In this document: positions 18,871 through 27,394 of the stretch, piece after piece | Position numbering within the stretch: the stretch's first letter is position 1 | Layout of the letters: each line of letters starts with the position of its first letter | Assembly: GCA_013336275.1 (NCBI GenBank) | Contig: JAAXUA010000001.1 | Span: 206,167-270,166 of the forward strand | Source of the DNA: Candidatus Falkowbacteria bacterium | GTDB lineage: Bacteria; Patescibacteriota; Patescibacteriia; Patescibacteriales; GWE2-39-37 | Length of the DNA: 64,000 nucleotides | Reading direction: 5' to 3' | Position numbers and translations under genes: made by a program | Notes under the pieces: model-generated | The model's database searches: none | Seen by the model: the letters and a program-made list of their open reading frames with translations, nothing else | Told to the model about the DNA's origin: nothing

Positions 18871-20001
18871 ATGAAAATAGCTCACTTGATTTGCGTTTTC
18901 AGGCCATACAAGGGCGGCATGGGCAACGCTGCTGGGCAATTCGCCAAAACTTTGGCCCAAAAAGGCCATGAGGTGACTGTTATAACGCCTGATTACGGTC
19001 AGGCTGATTTTTTATCATCCGAGACTGATGATTCCTACGAAGTCCGACGATTAAAACCGCTTTTTGCCATCGGCAATGCGGCCAGCTTGCCTCAATTGGT
19101 CTGGCAGCTTAGACGATATGATATCGTCCATTTGCACTACCCATTCTATGGCGCCGTGCTGCCTGTCCTGTTCGCTTCGCTTTTCAAAAAGAAAGGCAGC
19201 AAGCTCATCGTGCATTACCACATGGATAGCCTGGCCGCGGGAGTCCGCGGATTTATTTTCCGTCTCAATAAGATATTCATCTGGCCCATCCTCTTTAAGG
19301 CGGCCGACCTGGTGACCGCCGCTTCGCTTGATTACGTTGCCAATTCGCAGATCGCCAATTCGTATGTGAAGTCACCGCAAAAATTCTTCCAAGTGCCTTT
19401 CGGCGTCGACGCCGACTTTTTTCGCTTCACGCCGTCGATCATTACGGAACGAAAAAATATCCTTTTCGTCGGCGGGTTGGATCAGGCACATTATTTCAAA
19501 GGCATCCCGATCCTGCTTGAAGCGTTAAAAATCCTGAAGGCCGAACACCATCTGGATGCTATTTTAACCGTAGTGGGCTCTGGTGAGCTGCAGGGGCAGT
19601 ATGCCCATCAGGCCGAAAGCCTAGGCATAAGCAAAGATGTGGTATTTTCTGGAAGATGCAGCGACCAGGAGTTGGCCGCCCATTACCGGAACGCTTCGCT
19701 TCTGGTTTTGCCATCGATCAATCAGGGAGAAGCTTTCGGCCTGGTCTTGCTCGAGGCCATGGCTACAGGTCGTCCCGTTGTCGCCAGCGACTTGCCAGGC
19801 GTGCGGGGTGTCTTTACTGACAAAGTCGAGGGGTTTCGGGCCAAACCAGGCGATGCTTCTGATTTGGCGGCCAAGATATTTCTGATTCTCAGCAATCAGG
19901 AATTGGCCGAGACGATGGGCCAAGCCGCCAGACATAAGACAGAAACCACCTATCGCTGGTCGGAAATAGGCCGCCTTCTAGAAGAAGCCTACAGCAAATA
20001 G
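18871..20001 (+). CDS. glycosyltransferase family 4
   Basis: 376 aa with GEAFGLVLLEAMATGRPVVASD, an E-x7-E type GT-B motif. Confidence 0.85.
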   Translation: MKIAHLICVFRPYKGGMGNAAGQFAKTLAQKGHEVTVITPDYGQADFLSSETDDSYEVRRLKPLFAIGNAASLPQLVWQLRRYDIVHLHYPFYGAVLPVLFASLFKKKGSKLIVHYHMDSLAAGVRGFIFRLNKIFIWPILFKAADLVTAASLDYVANSQIANSYVKSPQKFFQVPFGVDADFFRFTPSIITERKNILFVGGLDQAHYFKGIPILLEALKILKAEHHLDAILTVVGSGELQGQYAHQAESLGISKDVVFSGRCSDQELAAHYRNASLLVLPSINQGEAFGLVLLEAMATGRPVVASDLPGVRGVFTDKVEGFRAKPGDASDLAAKIFLILSNQELAETMGQAARHKTETTYRWSEIGRLLEEAYSK

Positions 20002-20002
20002 C

Positions 20003-21142
20003 ATGAAAATATTGATATTGAACAATTTATACCGACCATTCGCCCGCGGCGGTGCCGAACGTATCGTTGAAATGACAGCTGCTGAGCTGACATCTCAGGG
20101 TCACAAAACCTTAGTCGCAACCACACTGCCGCTGGGCCGAAAGGGTCCGTCGACTAATGGCGTTGCCTACTACCGCGGACTACCTTCTTTGTTTTATTTT
20201 TTTGATAAGCTGCCCAAGACAGCCCGGCTCATCATGCACTTGCTCGGATACCTGGATTTTTGCACCTATCGGCAGACCAGGAGATTCATCAACGATTTCA
20301 AACCTGATCTGATCATTTCCAATAATCTGATCGGTATCGGCTTAGTTTCCGCGCGTGCGATCAGGCGCAGCGGCATCAAGCACGTCCACGTCTTGCACGA
20401 CATCCAGTTGCTTCACCCCTCTGGCCTTTTGATGTGGGGTAATGAAGGCTTGATTTCGACCTGGACCGCCAACAGATACCATAGGCTCAATCAGGCGGCT
20501 TTGCATGGCGCAAATCTCGTTGTTTCGCCGTCGCGATGGCTGCTCGACCTTCATCTGAAACACGGCTTCTTCAAGAATTCCGCAACGGTGACCATACCTA
20601 ACCCGATTGACTTCAAGACATCAGCGACATCAAGGACAAGGGCTTCAGAAACAACCGATTGCCTGTACGTCGGCCAGCTAGAGACGCACAAAGGCATAGG
20701 CTTGCTATTAGAGGCCTTTGCCGAGCTTCCGAGAACTTTTCGCTTGAATATAGCCGGTAGCGGCTCACAAAAGCGTGAAGTGATAGCAGCGGCCGAGCAG
20801 GACGACCGTATCATCTTCTTGGGGCGCCTGACTCCTGAACAAGTCTCATCCGAGATGGAGCGCAGTTCGCTTTTGGTCGTACCGTCGCTCTGTTACGAGA
20901 ACTCGCCGACAGTGATTTATGAGGCCATGTCACACGGTCTGCCGGTCATCGCAGCTGATATCGGCGGCATCCCTGAATTAATCGCAGATAAAGAAAATCT
21001 TTTCGAACCTGGCAATAAGCAAGCGCTCATCACTGCCATAACTGGCGATTACCAGCACCGCCAAAGGCTGCCCGACGGCAAAGCCTTATCCGCCAAACAA
21101 TACATCAGCGCACTCTTGGACATGATAAAAGCCCTCGACTAG
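20003..21142 (+). CDS. glycosyltransferase family 4
   Basis: 379 aa with YENSPTVIYEAMSHGLPVIAADIGGIPE. Confidence 0.8.
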   Translation: MKILILNNLYRPFARGGAERIVEMTAAELTSQGHKTLVATTLPLGRKGPSTNGVAYYRGLPSLFYFFDKLPKTARLIMHLLGYLDFCTYRQTRRFINDFKPDLIISNNLIGIGLVSARAIRRSGIKHVHVLHDIQLLHPSGLLMWGNEGLISTWTANRYHRLNQAALHGANLVVSPSRWLLDLHLKHGFFKNSATVTIPNPIDFKTSATSRTRASETTDCLYVGQLETHKGIGLLLEAFAELPRTFRLNIAGSGSQKREVIAAAEQDDRIIFLGRLTPEQVSSEMERSSLLVVPSLCYENSPTVIYEAMSHGLPVIAADIGGIPELIADKENLFEPGNKQALITAITGDYQHRQRLPDGKALSAKQYISALLDMIKALD

Positions 21143-21162
21143 AGGGCTTTTTAGATTTCTAT

Positions 21163-23076
21163 CTAGAATTCGTATTTGAAGACGACCGTTTCATTCTCGC
21201 CGAAAGGACGCCATTCGTCGGCCGCAGCCTTAGCCTCATCCATAACCTTAGGGAAAGCATACCAGTACTTGTTCAGTACGAAATATACGGTTTTCACGCC
21301 GGTCATTTCTGCCGCCTCACGGGCAGTCTCTTTGGCCGGTTTTTCGTAAACCATCTTAAGATAAGTCTGGTATAACGGGCTGGCAGTCGGCACCGGATAG
21401 TAAAATAGATCGTTGTAATAATGGGCGAAGCCGAACTCCCGCAATGCTGCCGCGCTGACTTGCTGATTAGCCAAGACGATATATGGCACTTGTGAATCTT
21501 GATCGATCCATCTAGCTGCTTCGATGTCGAACTTACCCACAGAGTAGCCGCGGCTATTGGCGTAACGATCAAGGCGAGGGTAGCTCAGATAAAAAACGGC
21601 GGTCAAGCACCCGGCCAGAAAAACCAGCCAAGGTCCCTTGGTCGGCATGCTGGCTGCACTCAGATTGACAAACAAGCGCTCAAGCGGCTTCAGAATGAGG
21701 GGCAGGGAAAATATCAAGGCCACCGTCAAAAGGCGGGCAGCATAATCATCGCGTTCGTAGCCGATAAGGAAATTGAACGGAAGCAGCTTGGTCAGCCAGT
21801 GCGCGAGCAAGAAGGCACCGGCCAAAGCCGTGGCCGCTTTCTGTTCTTGATAAAAAGCCGCGGATTCCTTGCGCCAAGCGAACCCGACGCTGACTAAAAC
21901 CAGAATTATCCAATACCAATTATTGCCAATAAGGTAGAGCGAATTCCAGCCGATCAATTCCTGATCAGGCAAGGACATGATGCTGTTGGGCAGCCAATCG
22001 GGCCAGGCAAAGGCCAAGGCGTTCATATCAAGCTTTTCTAAGCCGGCAAAGGCCAGCGGCAAGCCGAAGATGGAAAGGGCGAGCAAGACGCGGTGCGCCA
22101 ATTCGCTTCGCTTGAGCTTTAGAAAATCAACGGCTCGCCAAACGGTCAAAATCACTGCCGGGAGACCAGCGATTGGCTGGATTATGACCGCTGCGCATGA
22201 CAAAACGCCAGACGTGATCAAATCGAACCTGTCAGGGCGCCAAGACATGGCAAGAACGATAATCAAAAACAGATAAGCCAGGTTCTGCGGCGTAGTGAAT
22301 GTCAGCACGCCATATGGCAGGACTAGCAGGGCCAATGCCAGCAAGCGATGGCTTGATTTCAACTCCATCTTCTCAAACCAGCGCAGCACGACTGCCGGCA
22401 GCAACAACGCCGAAAGCAGAGGCACCAACAACAAGTGTACCCAATAGAGCGGGAGACCGATGAGCCGATGCAGCATCATGATCAGTCCGTATTGCCCAGC
22501 ATAGTAATTCGATTTGGGTAAGACAAGCCCGGCCTTATCGATCAACTCGAGGGTGGCCTGATGGACGAAAAAATCATAGCCATAACCGAGACGGTAGACA
22601 AAAATGATAATGGAAAAAGACAGGGCATAATGCAGTGCTATTAGCGGTGCCTGATATGACCTGGAGTTGCCGAAATGGACCAGCAGTGCCAGGCTAGCTA
22701 GGAAATATGCGCCCAGGATCCAAAGCGAGACTGCTTGCCAGGGCGAGACGATCGAATCCGAGGTGCCAGAGCGCACCAACAGAATAATTGCTAACAGCCA
22801 GAAGGCCAAGAAGGCGGAGGCATAGGGATGAAATCCGATCCTGAAATAACGATTACCCTCGGTTGGACCCCAAAACGGCTCGATTAGTTTAAGATTGAAT
22901 TTTTGGCCAAAATACCATAAAATAATGAAGAATAGAGCGGTCAGGACTAGCGAGAAAGCTATACCGGCCCAATTCAGGGCATAAAAACGATAAACCAGCC
23001 CGCTTGAGAGGGAAATGACCCCCAAAAGCAGGATAAATGGCTTGATATGCAGATTTATGATAAGCCTCAAAAACAT
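21163..23076 (-). CDS. large polytopic membrane protein with a C-terminal soluble domain (function unknown, possibly a glycan-handling GT-C-like enzyme)
   Basis: About 15 predicted hydrophobic helices followed by a soluble domain of about 130 aa. Start moved to ATG 23076 (MFLRLIINL...) to remove the overlap with the divergent gene. Confidence 0.6.
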   Translation of the reverse strand: MFLRLIINLHIKPFILLLGVISLSSGLVYRFYALNWAGIAFSLVLTALFFIILWYFGQKFNLKLIEPFWGPTEGNRYFRIGFHPYASAFLAFWLLAIILLVRSGTSDSIVSPWQAVSLWILGAYFLASLALLVHFGNSRSYQAPLIALHYALSFSIIIFVYRLGYGYDFFVHQATLELIDKAGLVLPKSNYYAGQYGLIMMLHRLIGLPLYWVHLLLVPLLSALLLPAVVLRWFEKMELKSSHRLLALALLVLPYGVLTFTTPQNLAYLFLIIVLAMSWRPDRFDLITSGVLSCAAVIIQPIAGLPAVILTVWRAVDFLKLKRSELAHRVLLALSIFGLPLAFAGLEKLDMNALAFAWPDWLPNSIMSLPDQELIGWNSLYLIGNNWYWIILVLVSVGFAWRKESAAFYQEQKAATALAGAFLLAHWLTKLLPFNFLIGYERDDYAARLLTVALIFSLPLILKPLERLFVNLSAASMPTKGPWLVFLAGCLTAVFYLSYPRLDRYANSRGYSVGKFDIEAARWIDQDSQVPYIVLANQQVSAAALREFGFAHYYNDLFYYPVPTASPLYQTYLKMVYEKPAKETAREAAEMTGVKTVYFVLNKYWYAFPKVMDEAKAAADEWRPFGENETVVFKYEF

Positions 23077-23100
23077 ACTATAATCATTGTAGTTTAATAA

Positions 23101-24813
23101 ATGGAAATTGAGCAAGCCAAAAAACCAGGTCGTTTCTTGAAAATCGGCAAACAAGAGCTGTTCGTGTTCTTTTTGGCGGCAGTGTTCTTTTTGGCGGCTA
23201 GCTTATTCAATTTCAGCACCCAATCACCCAGCTTCACCAAATGGCTTTCGCCTGACGAAACAGCGAACTATGCCTTTACCAAGAACTTCGCCCTGACCGG
23301 ACGGTTGAGCATCAGGGAACCATTAAACCCGCAGGTCGAGGGCATCATCCACCCTCGGAGCATGATGGTTGCCGGAGACGAGCTGAAACCGATGAGTTTT
23401 CTCGGCATCATTATCTTGTACGGTACTTTTGCCCGGTGGACTGACATCGCAGTCATTCCTTTCCTGACACCGCTGTTCGGCGCTATCGGACTCATAGTCT
23501 TTTACTTTCTGACCAAGCGTCTATTTGACCGACGCACCGCCTTGATCGCGGCCAGCGTCCTTACATTTTTCCCCCCTTATTTCTACTACTCCAGCCGAAG
23601 CATGTTCCATAACATACCATTTATCGTTTTTGCGCTTTCGGGCATGCTCTTTGCTGTGGCCATGAATCAGAAAACCAGGTTCGAGTGGGTTCAAAAATTC
23701 ATTTACCCCGCACTTGCCGGCTTATTCTTCGGCTTAGCAGTCATAACCCGCACCTCCGAACTGCTTTGGCTCGGACCAACCCTCGTCATCCTTTGGCTTT
23801 TAAACATCAAGAAGGTCGGCTTCACCAAGCTTTTGGTCTTTCTGGCTTTTCTGGGCATCGGCCTTTTGCCCTCGGCTTACTACAGCCAAGTCCTGCACGG
23901 CTCGCCGCTCGCAACCGGTTATCCGCAGATGAATAGCTCGCTTGCCCAGTTGGGCCAGACCAGCAGCCAGCTCATCACCAGCGGCATTACTGAAACCAGC
24001 CTTTGGCAGAAGATACGGGACCTGATCTTCTACTTCGGCTTCAATCCGAAACAGACAGTTAAAATGACTTATAACTACTTTTACTCTATGTTCGGCTGGC
24101 TTTTCTGGGGCGCAGTGCTCGGCTTGACGATTTTCCTCGTGCAGTTCAGGAAGATCCGAAAGCGCGGACTGCTTTTCGTGCTAGCCTTCACCATGTTCAG
24201 TGTCGTGCTTTTGCTCTATTATGGCAGCTGGGAATTCCACGACAATCCCGACCCGACCAAATCGACGATCGGCAACTCCTACACGCGCTATTGGCTTCCT
24301 GTCTACTTAGGGTCGATCATCTTAGCCTCATTAGGAGTTAACCGGCTCAGCCGTCTATTCAAAAGCCAAAACCTGCGCCACGCTTTTCGCTTTCTGGTTA
24401 TCGGCATCTTCATGCTTTGGGGCATCACCTTCTCGCTGACAGGGAGGGATGAAGGCCTGATTGAATCGTATTACAAGCAGAAGCTGAGCCAAGAGGAATG
24501 GCGCCAAGTCTTGGCCGTGACCGAAAGCGACGCCGTGATCATAACTAAATATCACGACAAACTTTTCTTTCCGGAACGCAAAGTCATCTACGGACTTTTT
24601 GACGATGATAATATGAACCGCACTTACGCCAAGCTCGTCAAGCTGGCTCCGACATATTATTATAACTTCACCTTCCCGGAAAAGGCTCTGGATTATCTTA
24701 ATCGCAGCAAGTTGGCCAAATCCGGACTCCACATCAGGAAAGTAAAAACCATGAACCCGACATTCACCTTATATAAACTTGAATCAGCAAAACAATCTTA
24801 TGCCAAATACTAA
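23101..24813 (+). CDS. GT-C fold glycosyltransferase (ArnT/PMT, GT39/83-like)
   Basis: 570 aa, polytopic. The first extracytoplasmic loop carries the 'SPDETANY' DE motif typical of GT-C enzymes. Confidence 0.65.
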   Translation: MEIEQAKKPGRFLKIGKQELFVFFLAAVFFLAASLFNFSTQSPSFTKWLSPDETANYAFTKNFALTGRLSIREPLNPQVEGIIHPRSMMVAGDELKPMSFLGIIILYGTFARWTDIAVIPFLTPLFGAIGLIVFYFLTKRLFDRRTALIAASVLTFFPPYFYYSSRSMFHNIPFIVFALSGMLFAVAMNQKTRFEWVQKFIYPALAGLFFGLAVITRTSELLWLGPTLVILWLLNIKKVGFTKLLVFLAFLGIGLLPSAYYSQVLHGSPLATGYPQMNSSLAQLGQTSSQLITSGITETSLWQKIRDLIFYFGFNPKQTVKMTYNYFYSMFGWLFWGAVLGLTIFLVQFRKIRKRGLLFVLAFTMFSVVLLLYYGSWEFHDNPDPTKSTIGNSYTRYWLPVYLGSIILASLGVNRLSRLFKSQNLRHAFRFLVIGIFMLWGITFSLTGRDEGLIESYYKQKLSQEEWRQVLAVTESDAVIITKYHDKLFFPERKVIYGLFDDDNMNRTYAKLVKLAPTYYYNFTFPEKALDYLNRSKLAKSGLHIRKVKTMNPTFTLYKLESAKQSYAKY

Positions 24814-25978
24814 ACGGATCGGCATCGACGCCAGGTTTTACGGCCCCATCGGCAAGGGCCTCGGCCGCTACACCCAAGAGGTGGTGGACAACATCATCCG
24901 ATTGGATACAGAGAACGAATATGTGATCTTCTTGCGACGCGAAAATTTCGATGAGCTCAATCTTGATAATTTTCCGCGAGCCAGCAAAGTTTTGGCCGAG
25001 ATTCGTTGGTACACTTTAGCCGAGCAGCTGATTATGCCATGGCTCATCTACAAGCAAAAGCTAGACTTGATCCACTTTCCGCACTTCAATGTGCCGATCT
25101 TGTGTCCGACCAGATTAGTCGTGACTATCCATGACTTGATTCTCATTAACTTTCCTACCAAGAAGGCGACCACCCTTGGGCCGCTGACGTATTTCATCAA
25201 GAACCTCGGTTACCGCTTGACGATTTGGCTAGCCCTAATGCGCGCCAAGTCCATTATCGCTGTCTCGCAATTTACCAAAGACGATATCGTCAAGCACTTC
25301 GGCGTCAAGCCCGAGAAGATCGTTGTCACCTACGAAGGCGTAGCCGACTTCGCACAAAGCGAATTAGCATCTGCCCAGGCTTCGTCGGAGCAAAGCCAGA
25401 CCTTGATCAAATACCGCATCAATCGCCCATATATCCTCTACGTCGGCAATGCCTACCCTCACAAGAATCTTGAACAGCTGCTTAACGTCTTCAACAGCTT
25501 GCTCAAGACACGCCCCAATCTGCAGCTAGTCCTCGTCGGCAAAGAAGACCATTTTTACAGCAAGATCAAACAACAGGCCAAAGAGTTGCAGCTGACCATC
25601 CCAGGCAAGAGCAGCCCGGTAATTTTCACCGACTATGTCGACGACCGTGAGTTGGCCGAGCTTTATTCCCATGCCACCCTCTACGTCTTCGCCTCTTTCT
25701 ATGAAGGCTTCGGCTTGCCGCCGCTTGAGGCTATGGCCAAGGGCTTGGCTGTTGCCAGTTCGAACACCACCAGCATGCCGGAAGTGCTGGGAGATGCAGC
25801 AGTCTACTTCGATCCGCGCGACACGACAGACATCCAAAACAAGATCAGCTCGCTGCTTGACGATCAGGAGCTGAGAAAAAAGCTTGTTGACAAGGGTTAT
25901 GCCCAGATCAAGAAGTATAGCTGGAACACTTGCGCGCAGCAGACATTGCTGGTTTACCGCGAAAATCTGAAGTCATAA
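24800..25978 (+). CDS. glycosyltransferase family 4
   Basis: MPNTKRIGIDARFYG...; FYEGFGLPPLEAMAKGLAVASSN. I prefer ATG 24800 to TTG 24779. Confidence 0.85.
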   Translation: MPNTKRIGIDARFYGPIGKGLGRYTQEVVDNIIRLDTENEYVIFLRRENFDELNLDNFPRASKVLAEIRWYTLAEQLIMPWLIYKQKLDLIHFPHFNVPILCPTRLVVTIHDLILINFPTKKATTLGPLTYFIKNLGYRLTIWLALMRAKSIIAVSQFTKDDIVKHFGVKPEKIVVTYEGVADFAQSELASAQASSEQSQTLIKYRINRPYILYVGNAYPHKNLEQLLNVFNSLLKTRPNLQLVLVGKEDHFYSKIKQQAKELQLTIPGKSSPVIFTDYVDDRELAELYSHATLYVFASFYEGFGLPPLEAMAKGLAVASSNTTSMPEVLGDAAVYFDPRDTTDIQNKISSLLDDQELRKKLVDKGYAQIKKYSWNTCAQQTLLVYRENLKS

Positions 25979-26004
25979 ATTGTTTGGTTATTTTTTGTCG
26001 TTCG

Positions 26005-26013
26005 TGGTATAAT
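26005..26013 (+). promoter_or_regulatory. extended -10 (TGgTATAAT) 7 nt upstream of ATG 26021; likely leaderless transcript
   Basis: cgTGgTATAATaacgaccATG. Confidence 0.5.
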
Positions 26014-26020
26014 AACGACC

Positions 26021-27394
26021 ATGAATGATGAAATAAATCACTGGGAAATTGAGGTGCGCAATCGGCAGCATTACGTTTCAACGAACCCCGAATTGGCCCA
26101 CTCTTCCGCCTACTTCAACCTGTCGACCTTCGAAAAGGGAATCGGCATTTCCAACATTGCCGACAACCGGATTACCGCATACTGGCCCTTGGATTTTTCC
26201 GACTACTGCATAGAAGAACACCTCTCTGACGGCCGCATCGCCCGCCTCGACAACCATACCGGCTCTTCAGCCGCAGATGGAGATTTCATCGTGCTTCAGG
26301 TGATATCTGCTGCCGGCACCCCAGCAATCATCAATTGGCTCAAGCAAGGATTGGCAGTCGAGTCCTCGGAGGTCGGTTACGCCAGCAGCAAAGAGCCTGG
26401 ACTTATTACTAGCCAATTTTTCAGCTTGCCAGCCAGGGTCGCCCAACAACTGGCCTCTTTACCGGCACCGACCGGCTTTAGCGCAATCATAGCCGAAACT
26501 TCCTATTCCGCCGAAGCCATCTCACCGGCAAAACTCAAAGGCAACACCCACACGCTGCTTCTGCGGACACAGGAAGCATTTGAAAATGACCTCCTCGGCT
26601 TAAAGGCTGAAATATTGGCCAAATACGGCGCTTTGAATTATTTTCCGCCGAAGCGATTCGGCCGACGGCACAACTCACACCTTTTGGGCAAGCTCGTACT
26701 GTCGGAAAACTTCGAAGAAGCGATCAAGGACTTCCTTTGCCAGACCAGCCCGACCGAAGAACTTCTTCTTACACGATTGCGCGAAGTCGCCCTGTCTGGC
26801 TTTCCGAACTTCGAGAAGCTCGACAAGATCTTTTCCGTCCTTCCGGTAACTTTCTCCCACGAACTGGCTGTGATAAGATATCTCCATGACCACCCGGCCG
26901 ATTACGCCGGCGCCATCATCCAGATCAAGCATTTGGCCAAGCAATGGCTTTTCGCTTATGGCGCATATATTTTCAACACGAATCTGGGCGAAGCCTCGGG
27001 CATCAAGGGCATCATCAACGAACAACTGCCCTGGACCTTCAGCCCCGATACGGCGGACAAGCTCGTGTACCGGCGCTGTTTCGAACGCGACAACATCTTT
27101 AACGGTTTTGAAGTCAATTTCATCAAGGAACTTATTCCTGAACGCAAACAATTGATTCCTGGCAGGATTTTTCCCAAGGCCCTGACTTGCCGCGCCGTCG
27201 GCAAGGGCGTGGCCTTGTCGTTTTTTTTAGAAGGGACTATGCCAGCTGAAACCGTAGTGGCGAATCTTTTAAATTTCACTTCCGTTACGCCTCGCCCAGA
27301 CTGGGTCGACGTTTCCAGATTCGACGCTAAGAAGATGCTTGATCAAGGAAGCGTCGCCGATATAGCTTTAAGACTTTCACCTCAAAATGCCTAA
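26021..27394 (+). CDS. divergent TruD-family pseudouridine synthase-like protein
   Basis: LNYFPPKRFGRRHN resembles the TruD NYFGxQRFG motif. YGAYIFNTNLG resembles the S-x-x-FN motif. I could not see a clear GxKD catalytic-Asp motif. Confidence 0.5.
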   Translation: MNDEINHWEIEVRNRQHYVSTNPELAHSSAYFNLSTFEKGIGISNIADNRITAYWPLDFSDYCIEEHLSDGRIARLDNHTGSSAADGDFIVLQVISAAGTPAIINWLKQGLAVESSEVGYASSKEPGLITSQFFSLPARVAQQLASLPAPTGFSAIIAETSYSAEAISPAKLKGNTHTLLLRTQEAFENDLLGLKAEILAKYGALNYFPPKRFGRRHNSHLLGKLVLSENFEEAIKDFLCQTSPTEELLLTRLREVALSGFPNFEKLDKIFSVLPVTFSHELAVIRYLHDHPADYAGAIIQIKHLAKQWLFAYGAYIFNTNLGEASGIKGIINEQLPWTFSPDTADKLVYRRCFERDNIFNGFEVNFIKELIPERKQLIPGRIFPKALTCRAVGKGVALSFFLEGTMPAETVVANLLNFTSVTPRPDWVDVSRFDAKKMLDQGSVADIALRLSPQNA

